Shown: piece after piece, positions 18,121 through 26,733 of the stretch
Layout of the letters: every line of letters starts with the position of its first letter
Position numbering within the stretch: position 1 is the stretch's first letter
From: Steroidobacteraceae bacterium
Lineage (GTDB): Bacteria; Pseudomonadota; Gammaproteobacteria; Steroidobacterales; Steroidobacteraceae
DNA length: 64,000 nt
Assembly (NCBI GenBank): GCA_050739115.1
Contig: JBOIAQ010000018.1
Span: 680 to 64,679, forward strand
Reading direction: 5' to 3'
The notes under the pieces: generated by a model
Database searches by the model: none
Told to the model about the DNA's origin: nothing
The model's input: only the letters and a program-made list of their open reading frames with translations
Program-made: the position numbers and the translations under genes

Positions 18121-21100
18121 GTCGCCCAGGGACGGCCATTACGACGCGCTACGCCGAGCTCCACTGCCTGAGCAACTTCACGTTTCTGCGCGGAGCTTCG
18201 CATCCGCACGAGCTCGTGGGACAGGCAGCGGAGCTGGGCTACGAGGCGCTTGCCATTACGGACGAGTGCTCCGTCGCCGGTGTGGTGCGTGCCCACATGG
18301 CGGCGAAAGGGCAGCAGCTCAAGCTCATCATCGGCTCGGAGCTGCGCCTCACCTGCGGGCTGAAGCTCGTGGTGCTCGCCACCGATCGGCACGGCTATGG
18401 CCGGCTCTGCCGGCTCATCACCCGCGGCCGACGTGCCGCCGAGAAGGGCGGCTATGCACTGACACGCGCGGATCTGGAGGAGAATGGTCTCGAGCACTGT
18501 CTCATTCTCTGGCTGCCTGATCGTCCACTCGCCGAAGAGGCGTGCTGGCTCAAGGAGCGCTTTGCCGAGAGGTTGTGGATTGCCGTCGAGTTGCTCCGCG
18601 ACGGAAGGGATCGCGAGCACCTCGAGATCCTGCAGCGTGCCGGCCGAGATTTCGACCTTCCTCTGGTGGCGAGCGGCGATGTGCACATGCACGTGCGCGC
18701 GCGCCGCAGGCTCCAGGACGCGATCACCGCGATCCGGCACAACGTGCCCATCCGGGAAGCCGGCAGGAAGCTCTACCCCAACGGCGAACGGTATCTGCGC
18801 GAGCGCGAGCGGCTGGGGAAACTCCATCCGCGCGAGCTGCTCGAGGAGACGGTGGCTATCGCGCGGCGATGCGCCTTCTGCCTGGAAGAGCTGCGGTACG
18901 AGTATCCGCATGAGCTCGTGCCCGCCGGTGAGACTCCGACGAGCCATCTGCGCAAGCTGACCGAGGCGGGGGCGCGCTGGCGATGGCCGCAGGGGGTGCC
19001 GGAGAGTGAGCGCAAAGCCATCGAGCACGAGCTCACTCTCATCGCGGATCTGCGTTACGAGCCTTACTTTCTGACGGTGCACGACATCGTCGCCTTCGCG
19101 CGCAGCGAGGGAATCCTGTGCCAGGGCAGGGGCTCGGCCGCCAACTCCCGCGTCTGTTACTGCCTGGGGGTGACTTCCGTCGACCCGCTGCGCGGGGCAT
19201 CACTCCTCTTCGAGCGCTTCATCTCACGCGAGCGCAACGAGCCGCCCGACATCGATATCGATTTCGAGCACGAGCGGCGGGAGGAGGTGATCCAGTACGT
19301 TTACGAGAAGTACGGTCGCGATCGGGCGGCGATCGCCGCGACCGTGATGATGTACCGGCCGAGGAGCGCGCTGCGCGACCTTGGCAAGGTTTTCGGCCTG
19401 AGTCCCGAGGAGTGCGCTCGGCTCACCAAGGTCATGCAATGGTGGGATGGGGGCGAGGCGATGCGCACGCGGCTGCGCGAGGCGGGCTTCGATGCCGACG
19501 GCTCCGTGCTCGCGCGGCTGCTGCCCCTCGCTCAGGAGCTCGTTGCCTTCCCGGGGTTTCCGCGGCACTTGTCCCAACATGTCGGTGGGTTCGTGATCTC
19601 GGAAGGAGCGCTCGAGGAGCTGGTACCCATTGAGAACGCGACCATGGAGGGACGCACGGTGGTGCAGTGGGACAAGGACGATCTCAACGACCTCGGCCTG
19701 CTCAAGGTCGATCTGCTGGCATTGGGCATGCTGACCGCGCTGCGCAAATCATTCGATCTGGTGAACGCTTTCCGCGCCACACGGCATGTGCTCGGAGGCC
19801 TGCCGGCGGAGGCGCCGGAGGTCTACGAGATGATCTGCGGTGCCGACACCATCGGCGTCTTCCAGATCGAGTCACGCGCGCAGATGGCGATGCTGCCGCG
19901 CCTCGAGCCGCGCTGCTACTACGACCTCGTCATCGAGATCGCCATCGTCCGCCCCGGTCCCATCCAGGGCGATATGGTGCATCCGTACCTGAAGCGCCGG
20001 AAGTCCGGCGAGCCGGTGAGCTATCCCAGCCGCGAGGTCGAAGGGGTGTTGAAGCGCACCCTCGGCGTGCCGATCTTTCAGGAGCAGGTGATGCAGCTCG
20101 CCATCGCGGCCGCAGGCTTCACGCCCGGGGAGGCGGATGCGCTGCGCCGCGCCATGGGTGCATGGAAGCGAAGCGGCGGGATCGAGCACTTCAAGGGCAG
20201 GCTCATCGGCGGCATGAAAGCACGCGGTTATGAGGAGGAATTCGCACAGCGAGTCTACAAACAGATGTTAGGGTTTGGTGAGTACGGATTTCCGGAAGCG
20301 CATGCTGCCAGCTTCGCATTGTTGGCGTATGACTCGGCCTGGCTCAAGTATCACGAGCCCGCGGCGTTCACGGCGGCGCTGCTCAACAGCCAGCCGATGG
20401 GTTTCTACGCGCCGGCGCAGCTCGTGCGGGATGCGCGGGCGCACGGGGTAGAGGTGCGGCCGGTCGATGTCTGTGTGAGTGTGTGGGATTGCACGCTGGA
20501 GCGGAGGGAAGAGGATGGTCAGCCGGCGTTGCGGTTGGGATTGCGTCTGGTGAAAGCGCTGTCGGGCAACGGCGCGGACCGGCTCATCGAAGCTCGCCGC
20601 CGGCAAGCGTTCGATGGCGTTCAGGACCTGGCGGTCCGTGCCGCGCTCGATCGGGGCGACCTCGAAGCGCTGGCGGCCGCGGGCGCATTCGCCGCATTGA
20701 GCGGCAACCGGCATCTGGCCTTCTGGGAAGTCGCCGGTACGGAGCGGCCGCTGCCTCTCGAGGAGATTCTGCTCGATGAGCCGCACGAAGGCACTCACGA
20801 GCCCACCCCGCTCCTGAGGACTCCCACGGAAGGAGAACGCATCGTGGCCGACTACGCGTCCCTCGGCCTTACCTTGGGTCGTCATCCGCTCGCGCTGCTG
20901 CGCGAGTCGCTGCAATCGAAGCATCTGCTCAGGGCACGCGATCTGGATGCCATGGCGCACGGCAAACCGGTACGCACCGCAGGCATCGTTCTGATGCGTC
21001 AGCGTCCGGGCACCGCAAGCGGAGTGACCTTCCTCACCTTGGAGGACGAGACAGGTCAGGTGAACATCATCGTGTGGGAAAGGATAGGTGAGGAGTACCG

Positions 21101-21245
21101 ACGCCCCCTGCTGGAGTCGCGACTGCTCGAGGTTCATGGCGAGCTGCAGCGCCAGGAAGGGGTCATGCACATCGTGGCTCGCCGTCTGATCGACCGCTCA
21201 GCGCTACTTGGCGAGCTGATCACCCGCTCGCGCGATTTTCACTGA
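18117..21245 (+). CDS. dnaE2: Error-prone DNA polymerase DnaE2 (ImuC)
   Basis: YAELHCLSNFTFLRGASHPHELV... (PHP domain) through the pol III alpha core and OB fold. Proposed TTG start at 18117 overlaps the imuB TGA (TTGA). Confidence 0.93.
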   Translation: MSRPGTAITTRYAELHCLSNFTFLRGASHPHELVGQAAELGYEALAITDECSVAGVVRAHMAAKGQQLKLIIGSELRLTCGLKLVVLATDRHGYGRLCRLITRGRRAAEKGGYALTRADLEENGLEHCLILWLPDRPLAEEACWLKERFAERLWIAVELLRDGRDREHLEILQRAGRDFDLPLVASGDVHMHVRARRRLQDAITAIRHNVPIREAGRKLYPNGERYLRERERLGKLHPRELLEETVAIARRCAFCLEELRYEYPHELVPAGETPTSHLRKLTEAGARWRWPQGVPESERKAIEHELTLIADLRYEPYFLTVHDIVAFARSEGILCQGRGSAANSRVCYCLGVTSVDPLRGASLLFERFISRERNEPPDIDIDFEHERREEVIQYVYEKYGRDRAAIAATVMMYRPRSALRDLGKVFGLSPEECARLTKVMQWWDGGEAMRTRLREAGFDADGSVLARLLPLAQELVAFPGFPRHLSQHVGGFVISEGALEELVPIENATMEGRTVVQWDKDDLNDLGLLKVDLLALGMLTALRKSFDLVNAFRATRHVLGGLPAEAPEVYEMICGADTIGVFQIESRAQMAMLPRLEPRCYYDLVIEIAIVRPGPIQGDMVHPYLKRRKSGEPVSYPSREVEGVLKRTLGVPIFQEQVMQLAIAAAGFTPGEADALRRAMGAWKRSGGIEHFKGRLIGGMKARGYEEEFAQRVYKQMLGFGEYGFPEAHAASFALLAYDSAWLKYHEPAAFTAALLNSQPMGFYAPAQLVRDARAHGVEVRPVDVCVSVWDCTLERREEDGQPALRLGLRLVKALSGNGADRLIEARRRQAFDGVQDLAVRAALDRGDLEALAAAGAFAALSGNRHLAFWEVAGTERPLPLEEILLDEPHEGTHEPTPLLRTPTEGERIVADYASLGLTLGRHPLALLRESLQSKHLLRARDLDAMAHGKPVRTAGIVLMRQRPGTASGVTFLTLEDETGQVNIIVWERIGEEYRRPLLESRLLEVHGELQRQEGVMHIVARRLIDRSALLGELITRSRDFH

Positions 21246-21372
21246 TCGACAGTGAAAGGCTCGGGGGCCAACAGGTATGGCTCGAACTGCTGAATCGTTG
21301 GCGCGCAGGTCTTTCGCCAGGGCGGCGACATCGTACACGGCGATCCAGAGCGCGATGTCGGACACGCTTGCC

Positions 21373-21397
21373 ATCATATAAGCAGTAACTTATGATA
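21373..21397. promoter_or_regulatory. Imperfect palindrome immediately upstream of arsR-family gene (possible operator / -10 region)
   Basis: ATCATATAAG-cagtaa-CTTATGAT, ending 5 nt before the ATG at 21402. Contains a TATAAG -10-like hexamer. Confidence 0.35.
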
Positions 21398-21401
21398 CGG
21401 C

Positions 21402-21716
21402 ATGGCCGAATCGCAGATTTTTCAAGCCCTGGTGGACCCGACCCGTCGCGCCGTCTTCGAGAGACTCTGCCGCCGGGAGATGAGCGTGGCGGAGATCACG
21501 GCGGGCTTTCCGGTATCGCAACCCGCTATATCGCAGCACCTGGCGACGCTGCGGCGCGCGGGGCTGGTGCGGGAGCGGCGAGAGGGGCGTAGGGCCTACT
21601 ACCGCTCGGATCCCACAGGCCTCGAGCCCCTGGCAGGCTGGATGGATCGTTACCGGCAGTTCTGGCCGGAGCGTTTGCAGAAGCTGCGACGCGTCTTGAA
21701 GGAGATCGAGTCATGA
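21402..21716 (+). CDS. ArsR/SmtB family transcriptional regulator
   Basis: IFQALVDPTRRAVFERLCRREMSVAEITAGFPVSQPAISQHLATLRRAGLV, a winged HTH. Confidence 0.9.
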   Translation: MAESQIFQALVDPTRRAVFERLCRREMSVAEITAGFPVSQPAISQHLATLRRAGLVRERREGRRAYYRSDPTGLEPLAGWMDRYRQFWPERLQKLRRVLKEIES

Positions 21717-22177
21717 AGGCGCAATCGGACTCTCCGGACCCCCTGGTTTTCGAGTGCGACTTCGACGAGCCGCCAGAGAAGGTCTGGCGCGCGTTGACGG
21801 AGCCGCAACTGCTCGAGGCGTGGTTGGCGGCGGAGGATTCCTCGAGCACGGGTGAGAGCGCCACCCGGGCTGGCTCCAAAGATTACGCGATCCTCACTGC
21901 CGAGCCGCATCGGCTGCTCCGTTATCGGTGGCGGGATCGGGAGAGTGGGGTGGGGGGCTCGGGCGACTCGGACGGCCGGGAGATCCATTCCATCGTCACG
22001 GTCGAGCTCGTTCCAGGCCCTGCAGGCGGAACGCATCTTCGCCTCACGCACGGGGAGTTCAGGATTGTTACGGCGGCTTCGACCGCCGCCCGCGTCAGGC
22101 CGATCACGAGCGCACGCCGGCGGCGCGCCCCGATACTCTCCTGCGCCGTGCAGCCTTACCTGCGGCGGGCCGCGTAG
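21713..22177 (+). CDS. SRPBCC/AHSA1 (Aha1-like) domain protein
   Basis: [18 protein letters not shown]...T.L.LTH.GF pattern typical of the small SRPBCC proteins usually paired with ArsR regulators. ATGA overlap with arsR. The last ~40 aa are Arg/Ala-rich and of doubtful significance. Confidence 0.7.
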   Translation: MKAQSDSPDPLVFECDFDEPPEKVWRALTEPQLLEAWLAAEDSSSTGESATRAGSKDYAILTAEPHRLLRYRWRDRESGVGGSGDSDGREIHSIVTVELVPGPAGGTHLRLTHGEFRIVTAASTAARVRPITSARRRRAPILSCAVQPYLRRAA

Positions 22178-22806
22178 TGAGCACGAATCTCGTGCCCATG
22201 GTGATCGAGCAGTCCGCGCGCGGGGAGAGGGCCTTCGACATCTTTTCCCGACTCCTGCGCGACCGCATCGTGTTCGTCAACGGGCAGATCGATGATGCGA
22301 TGGCGGCGCTCGTAAACGCGCAGTTGCTGTTTCTCGAGGCCGAGAATCCGGACAAGCCGGTGGCGATGTACATCAACTCGCCGGGCGGCGTGGTAACGAG
22401 CGGCCTCGCTATTTATGACACCATGCAATGGATTAAGTGTCCCGTCGCAACGGTCTGCATGGGAACTGCGTATTCCATGGGCTCGTTCCTGCTGATGGCG
22501 GGTGCGGCCGGCCAGCGCATCGCGCTACCCAACGCCAGCATCCTCGTGCATCAGCCCTCGGGGGGGTACCAAGGGGTAGTCTCCGATATCGAGCGGCACG
22601 CCCAGGACATCGTGAAGACCAAGCGCCGGCTCAACGAGCTCTACGCCAAGCACTGCGGGCGCACGTACGAGGAGGTGGAGCGCACGCTGGACCGGGATCA
22701 CTTCATGACCGCGGCGGAGGCCAAGGAGTGGGGGCTGGTCGATCACGTGTATTCGTCGCGTGCCCTCACACCCCAAGGCGCACTCTGTCGAGCACCCGCC
22801 GCCTGA
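22177..22806 (+). CDS. clpP: ATP-dependent Clp protease proteolytic subunit
   Basis: [32 protein letters not shown]...[21 protein letters not shown]...[11 protein letters not shown] (Ser)...VHQP (His)...DRDHFMTA (Asp). GTG start overlaps the upstream TAG by 1 nt. Confidence 0.9.
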   Translation: MSTNLVPMVIEQSARGERAFDIFSRLLRDRIVFVNGQIDDAMAALVNAQLLFLEAENPDKPVAMYINSPGGVVTSGLAIYDTMQWIKCPVATVCMGTAYSMGSFLLMAGAAGQRIALPNASILVHQPSGGYQGVVSDIERHAQDIVKTKRRLNELYAKHCGRTYEEVERTLDRDHFMTAAEAKEWGLVDHVYSSRALTPQGALCRAPAA

Positions 22807-22960
22807 GTGTTCGCTTCTCGGCCGAGCGCGGGAACAACGATCGAGGCGCCTGGGCCCGCAAGTTGCCCGTGCGGCTCGGAAGCGTCCGACCGCGGCGCTT
22901 AAAGCTCCCCGTCACCATCGGATACCTGACCATCGTTCGTCGGGTCGCCAGAGCGGAAAT

Positions 22961-23509
22961 TCAGGAGCTGCTATGAGCGCTCTCGCCGGTGAGGCGAGCG
23001 AACTCCGCGAGGTCAGGCCATCCATAGGCGACCTCGAGGAGAACGCCCTCGGGCCGGACATCTTCTCTTTCCGCAATGACCTGACCGCCGTAGCGCTCGT
23101 AGAACCGCCGGGCAGGTGCGTTGTCGCGCAAGACCCAGAGGCTCATCGCCCCGAAGTCGCTCGCCTTCAAACTCGAGCCCATCGCGAAGAGAAGCCGGGT
23201 CCCGAGCGCGCGGCGTTGAAACGCCTTCAGCACATAGATGGCGCTGATCTCGCCGTCGTAGCGTTTCGCCTTCAGCCCTTCAGTGCGCTGCGGGCCGCAC
23301 GAGCCGAAGCCGATGATTCTGCCGCCGAGCTCGGCCACGAATACTGCCGTTGCGCGCGACGGCTCGCCGAGTATGCGGCTCCACGCCGCGGTGCGCGCCT
23401 GCACCGACAGTGAGGACAGCATGGCGGCCGGTACGAGGCCGGGATAAGTCTCCCGCCACGATTCGACATGCATGCAGGCCAGATCCGGGGCGTCGGGCGG
23501 AAACGCCAT
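22961..23509 (-). CDS. GNAT family N-acetyltransferase
   Basis: ...ESWRETYPGLVP...IGFGSCGP...ISAIYVLKAFQRRALGTRLL (acetyl-CoA Q/RxxGxG/A motif)...ARRFYERYGG. Confidence 0.85.
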   Translation of the reverse strand: MAFPPDAPDLACMHVESWRETYPGLVPAAMLSSLSVQARTAAWSRILGEPSRATAVFVAELGGRIIGFGSCGPQRTEGLKAKRYDGEISAIYVLKAFQRRALGTRLLFAMGSSLKASDFGAMSLWVLRDNAPARRFYERYGGQVIAEREDVRPEGVLLEVAYGWPDLAEFARLTGESAHSSS

Positions 23510-23544
23510 CCGAATGATCGGTGCCGGTGGATCGCTGACTGAGT

Positions 23545-23823
23545 TCAGCCCTTCTTCCTTCGCCGTGGCTTTCCCGGCTCCTCGCCCTCCTGGTCGACGT
23601 CGTAATCCTCGAAGTCGCTGGTGAGCTCGGCCGTACGCTTCTCCTCGAGCAGGCGCTCGAGGCGACGCCACGCGGGATCGCCGACGCGTTGGCCGCGACG
23701 CTTGGCGAGATCCAGGTCCTTGATGACCTGGTCGAGATCGACGTCGCCTTCCTCAACGACCGGCTCGTCGTCTTCTTCGCCTTCGAACTCGTCCGATTCG
23801 GATTTCTCGCTCATGCGGGACAC
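23545..23823 (-). CDS. Small bipartite acidic/basic conserved hypothetical protein
   Basis: 92 aa: acidic N-terminus (SESDEFEGEEDDEPVVEEGDVD), central KRRGQRVGDPAWRRLERLLEEKR, acidic then basic tail (PRRRKKG). It resembles small PA3496-like proteins from memory; unverified. Confidence 0.45.
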   Translation of the reverse strand: MSRMSEKSESDEFEGEEDDEPVVEEGDVDLDQVIKDLDLAKRRGQRVGDPAWRRLERLLEEKRTAELTSDFEDYDVDQEGEEPGKPRRRKKG

Positions 23824-23999
23824 CGGAGTCCTGCGGATCGCGCGAAAGTTAAGTCACATTCCGTGACATCCGCAATGGGGTTTCGCCCATTGGCCCAAAG
23901 CCGCCTGTGGCGCTTAAGCCACCCTGCCGTCGAGCTCGTTCGAACCCGCCGGCGCAGGACAGCCTTCGCCGGCTTATGTACTTGCGGTTCACGGGACTT

Positions 24000-25214
24000 T
24001 CAGTGAATCAGGTCATTCATTTGAAAGATCGGCAGCAGCATGGCAAATACGATGCCCATGACGAACAGGCCCATCACTACGATCAGGAGCGGGCCGAGGA
24101 GACCCATCATGGCCGCCAGGATGCCATCGAGCTCGCGCTCCTGGCTCACGGCGGCCTGCTCGAGCATGGAGTCGAGCTCGCCGCTCGACTCGCCGCTCGA
24201 GATGAGGTGGACGGTCATGGGCGGAAACAGCTTGCTCGCGGCAAGCGAGCGGCCGATGGGCGCTCCTTCGCGTACCCGCGCCGCCGCATCGACGACGGCA
24301 TCGCGCATGGGGAGATTGGTCACGACTTCTCCGGCGATGCGCATCGCCTCGAGCACCGGCACGGAGCTCGCCGAGAGAATGCTGAAGGTGCGCGTGAAGC
24401 GCGCGGTATTGAAGCCGCGGGCGAGCTTGCCGATGAGCGGCAGGCGAAGCTGCAGGCGATGGTAGCGCCGCCGTGCCTCGGGGTTGCGGAGCCAGCGCTG
24501 CAGGGCAATCACGGCGATGACGATGAGAATGACGAGCCAGATGCCATAGGCCCGGAAGAAACCGCTCGTGCCGATGAGGATGCGCGTCATGACGGGCAGC
24601 TGCGCCTTGCTCGCCTCGAAAACCGAGACGACCTTCGGGACCACGAACACGAGCAGGGCCGAGACGATGATGAAGCACATCACCGTGAGCACGATCGGAT
24701 AGAGCATCGCCGCGAGGACCTTCTGCCGGATCTCCTCGCGGCTCTCGGTGTACTCGGCGAGGCGCACGAGCACATTATCGAGGTGTCCGGCCTGCTCACC
24801 GGCCGAGACCGTGGCGCGATAGATCTCCGGAAACACCCGCGGGAACTCCGTGAAGCCATCGGCGAGCGTATGTCCTTCCATCACCTTCGAGCGCACGCCG
24901 AGGACGATGCTTTGCACGCGCGGCTTTTCCGTCTGCTGCGAGACCGCGAGCAGCGATTCCTCGAGCGGCAGACCCGCGCGCACCAGCGTGGCGAGCTGAC
25001 GGGTGAAGAGCGACAGGTCAGCGGGCGAGACACGGCGGCTGAGACTGAACGATCGCTGCCGGCTGGCTTCCTTCTGCGCAACTTCGCTCACCGTCACCGG
25101 CAGGAGCTGGCGCTCGCGCAGCAGCTGACGGATGTGCCGCGGCGTATCGCCCTCCAGAACGCCCTTGCGCTCCTTGCCGGCGTTGTCGAGCGCGATGTAT
25201 TCGAATGCACCCAT
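24000..25214 (-). CDS. gspF: Type II secretion system inner-membrane platform protein GspF
   Basis: MGAFEYIALDNAGKERKGVLEGDTPRHIRQLLRERQLLPV..., duplicated T2SF domains, ends ...LPIFQMNDLI. Confidence 0.93.
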   Translation of the reverse strand: MGAFEYIALDNAGKERKGVLEGDTPRHIRQLLRERQLLPVTVSEVAQKEASRQRSFSLSRRVSPADLSLFTRQLATLVRAGLPLEESLLAVSQQTEKPRVQSIVLGVRSKVMEGHTLADGFTEFPRVFPEIYRATVSAGEQAGHLDNVLVRLAEYTESREEIRQKVLAAMLYPIVLTVMCFIIVSALLVFVVPKVVSVFEASKAQLPVMTRILIGTSGFFRAYGIWLVILIVIAVIALQRWLRNPEARRRYHRLQLRLPLIGKLARGFNTARFTRTFSILSASSVPVLEAMRIAGEVVTNLPMRDAVVDAAARVREGAPIGRSLAASKLFPPMTVHLISSGESSGELDSMLEQAAVSQERELDGILAAMMGLLGPLLIVVMGLFVMGIVFAMLLPIFQMNDLIH

Positions 25215-25221
25215 CAGGATG

Positions 25222-26733
25222 CTAATCCTCGCGCGTCACCCGCAGCACTTCCTCGATGGTGGTCTCACCGCGCAGGATCCTGGCTCGGCCGTCGTCGCGG
25301 ATGGAAGGGGTCGTGAGGCGCGCGTGGCGCTCGAGCTCCTGCTCGCTGGGGCCATCGTGGATCATGGTCCGCATGGCGTCATCCACCACGATGAGCTCGT
25401 AAATGCCCGAGCGGCCGCGGTAGCCTCCCATGGCATCGCGTCCGGGGCGGTAGAGCACGGGTGAGGGATCCTCGGGGCCGAGATTGAGGAGCCGCCGCTC
25501 GTATTCGCCGGCCTGGAAGGGTTGCTTGGTCTCGGGGTTCAGCACGCGGACCAGACGCTGCGCGAGCACGCCGATCAGGCTCGAGGACAGCAGGAAGGGC
25601 TCGATGCCCATGTCGCGCAGGCGTGTGAGCGCGCCGGCCGCGGTGTTGGTATGCAGGGTCGAGAGCACCAGGTGTCCGGTGAGGCTCGCCTGGACGGCGA
25701 TCTGCGCCGTCTCGAGGTCACGAATCTCACCGATCATGACCACGTCGGGGTCCTGGCGCAGGATGGCTCTCAGGCCCCGCGCGAAGGTCATCTCCACCTT
25801 GGTATTGACCTGCGTCTGGCCGATGCCGTCGATGTAGTACTCGATCGGGTCCTCGACCGTCATGATGTTCTGGGTGTTGTCGTTGAGGCGCTCGAGGGCG
25901 GCATAGAGGGTCGTCGTCTTGCCGGAGCCCGTCGGCCCCGTGACGAGGATGATGCCGTGGGGCTTGTGGATGAGCTCATCGATGAGCGACCCGGTCTTCG
26001 GGTCCATGCCGAGGGCGCTCAAGTCCAGCCGTCCCGCCTGCTTGTCGAGGATACGCAGCACCACGCGCTCGCCATGCCCTGAAGGGATGGTCGAGACGCG
26101 CACGTCCACCGCGCGGCCCGCGATCTTCAGGCTGATGCGTCCGTCCTGGGGCAGACGCTTCTCCGCGATATCGAGCTTCGACATCACTTTGATGCGGGAG
26201 ACGACCAGCGGGGCCACGGCGCGCTTCGACTGCAGCACCTCGCGCAGCACGCCGTCGACGCGAAAGCGCACCACCAGACGATTCTCGAACGGCTCCACGT
26301 GAATATCGGAGGCGTTCTCCTTCACCGCCTGGGTGAGCACGGCGTTGATCAGCCGGATGATCGGCGCATCGTCATCGCTATCGAGAAGATCAGCCTGCTC
26401 CGGCAGCTCCTGCGCGAGATGGGCGAGGTCGGTGGTGTCATCCAACCCCTCGACCGCCTGCATGGTGTCCGAGCCCGCCTCATAGACTTGGCGCAGGAGC
26501 AGATCGAACTCCGCCTCCGGCACGCGCTCGAGCCTCACCGGTAGCCCGATGAACCGGCGCACTTCCGCCAGGGCGAGCGGGGAGGCGTGCTCCCGATAGA
26601 CGCATTCCGCCTCGCCGTCGGTCACTTGTCTGATGAGCACCCCGTGGCGCTTCGCGAACGCGAACGACAGCCGTCGCTGCGGCAAGGCGGCCTGAAGCTG
26701 TTGCGGCTCGTCCATGGCTTCCACGGCGCTCAC
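25222..26733 (-). CDS. gspE: Type II secretion system ATPase GspE
   Basis: Walker A GPTGSGKTTTLYA, Asp box, Walker B and His box, tetracysteine-less variant, N-terminal FAKRHGVL. Confidence 0.93.
   Translation of the reverse strand: MSAVEAMDEPQQLQAALPQRRLSFAFAKRHGVLIRQVTDGEAECVYREHASPLALAEVRRFIGLPVRLERVPEAEFDLLLRQVYEAGSDTMQAVEGLDDTTDLAHLAQELPEQADLLDSDDDAPIIRLINAVLTQAVKENASDIHVEPFENRLVVRFRVDGVLREVLQSKRAVAPLVVSRIKVMSKLDIAEKRLPQDGRISLKIAGRAVDVRVSTIPSGHGERVVLRILDKQAGRLDLSALGMDPKTGSLIDELIHKPHGIILVTGPTGSGKTTTLYAALERLNDNTQNIMTVEDPIEYYIDGIGQTQVNTKVEMTFARGLRAILRQDPDVVMIGEIRDLETAQIAVQASLTGHLVLSTLHTNTAAGALTRLRDMGIEPFLLSSSLIGVLAQRLVRVLNPETKQPFQAGEYERRLLNLGPEDPSPVLYRPGRDAMGGYRGRSGIYELIVVDDAMRTMIHDGPSEQELERHARLTTPSIRDDGRARILRGETTIEEVLRVTRED

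Noticed and set aside
21241-21378. ~56-codon minus-strand ORF (MMASVSDIALWIAVYD...) between dnaE2 and arsR
   Set aside because: Short, overlaps the dnaE2 3' end, and has no Shine-Dalgarno sequence or recognisable motif. Insufficient evidence.
22961-23823. GNAT toxin / small antitoxin (TacT-TacA-like) module
   Set aside because: The GNAT protein looks like a generic housekeeping-type acetyltransferase. The upstream small protein is an acidic/basic low-complexity protein, not an RHH/DUF1778 antitoxin. A 35-nt gap and no overlap. There is no positive evidence.
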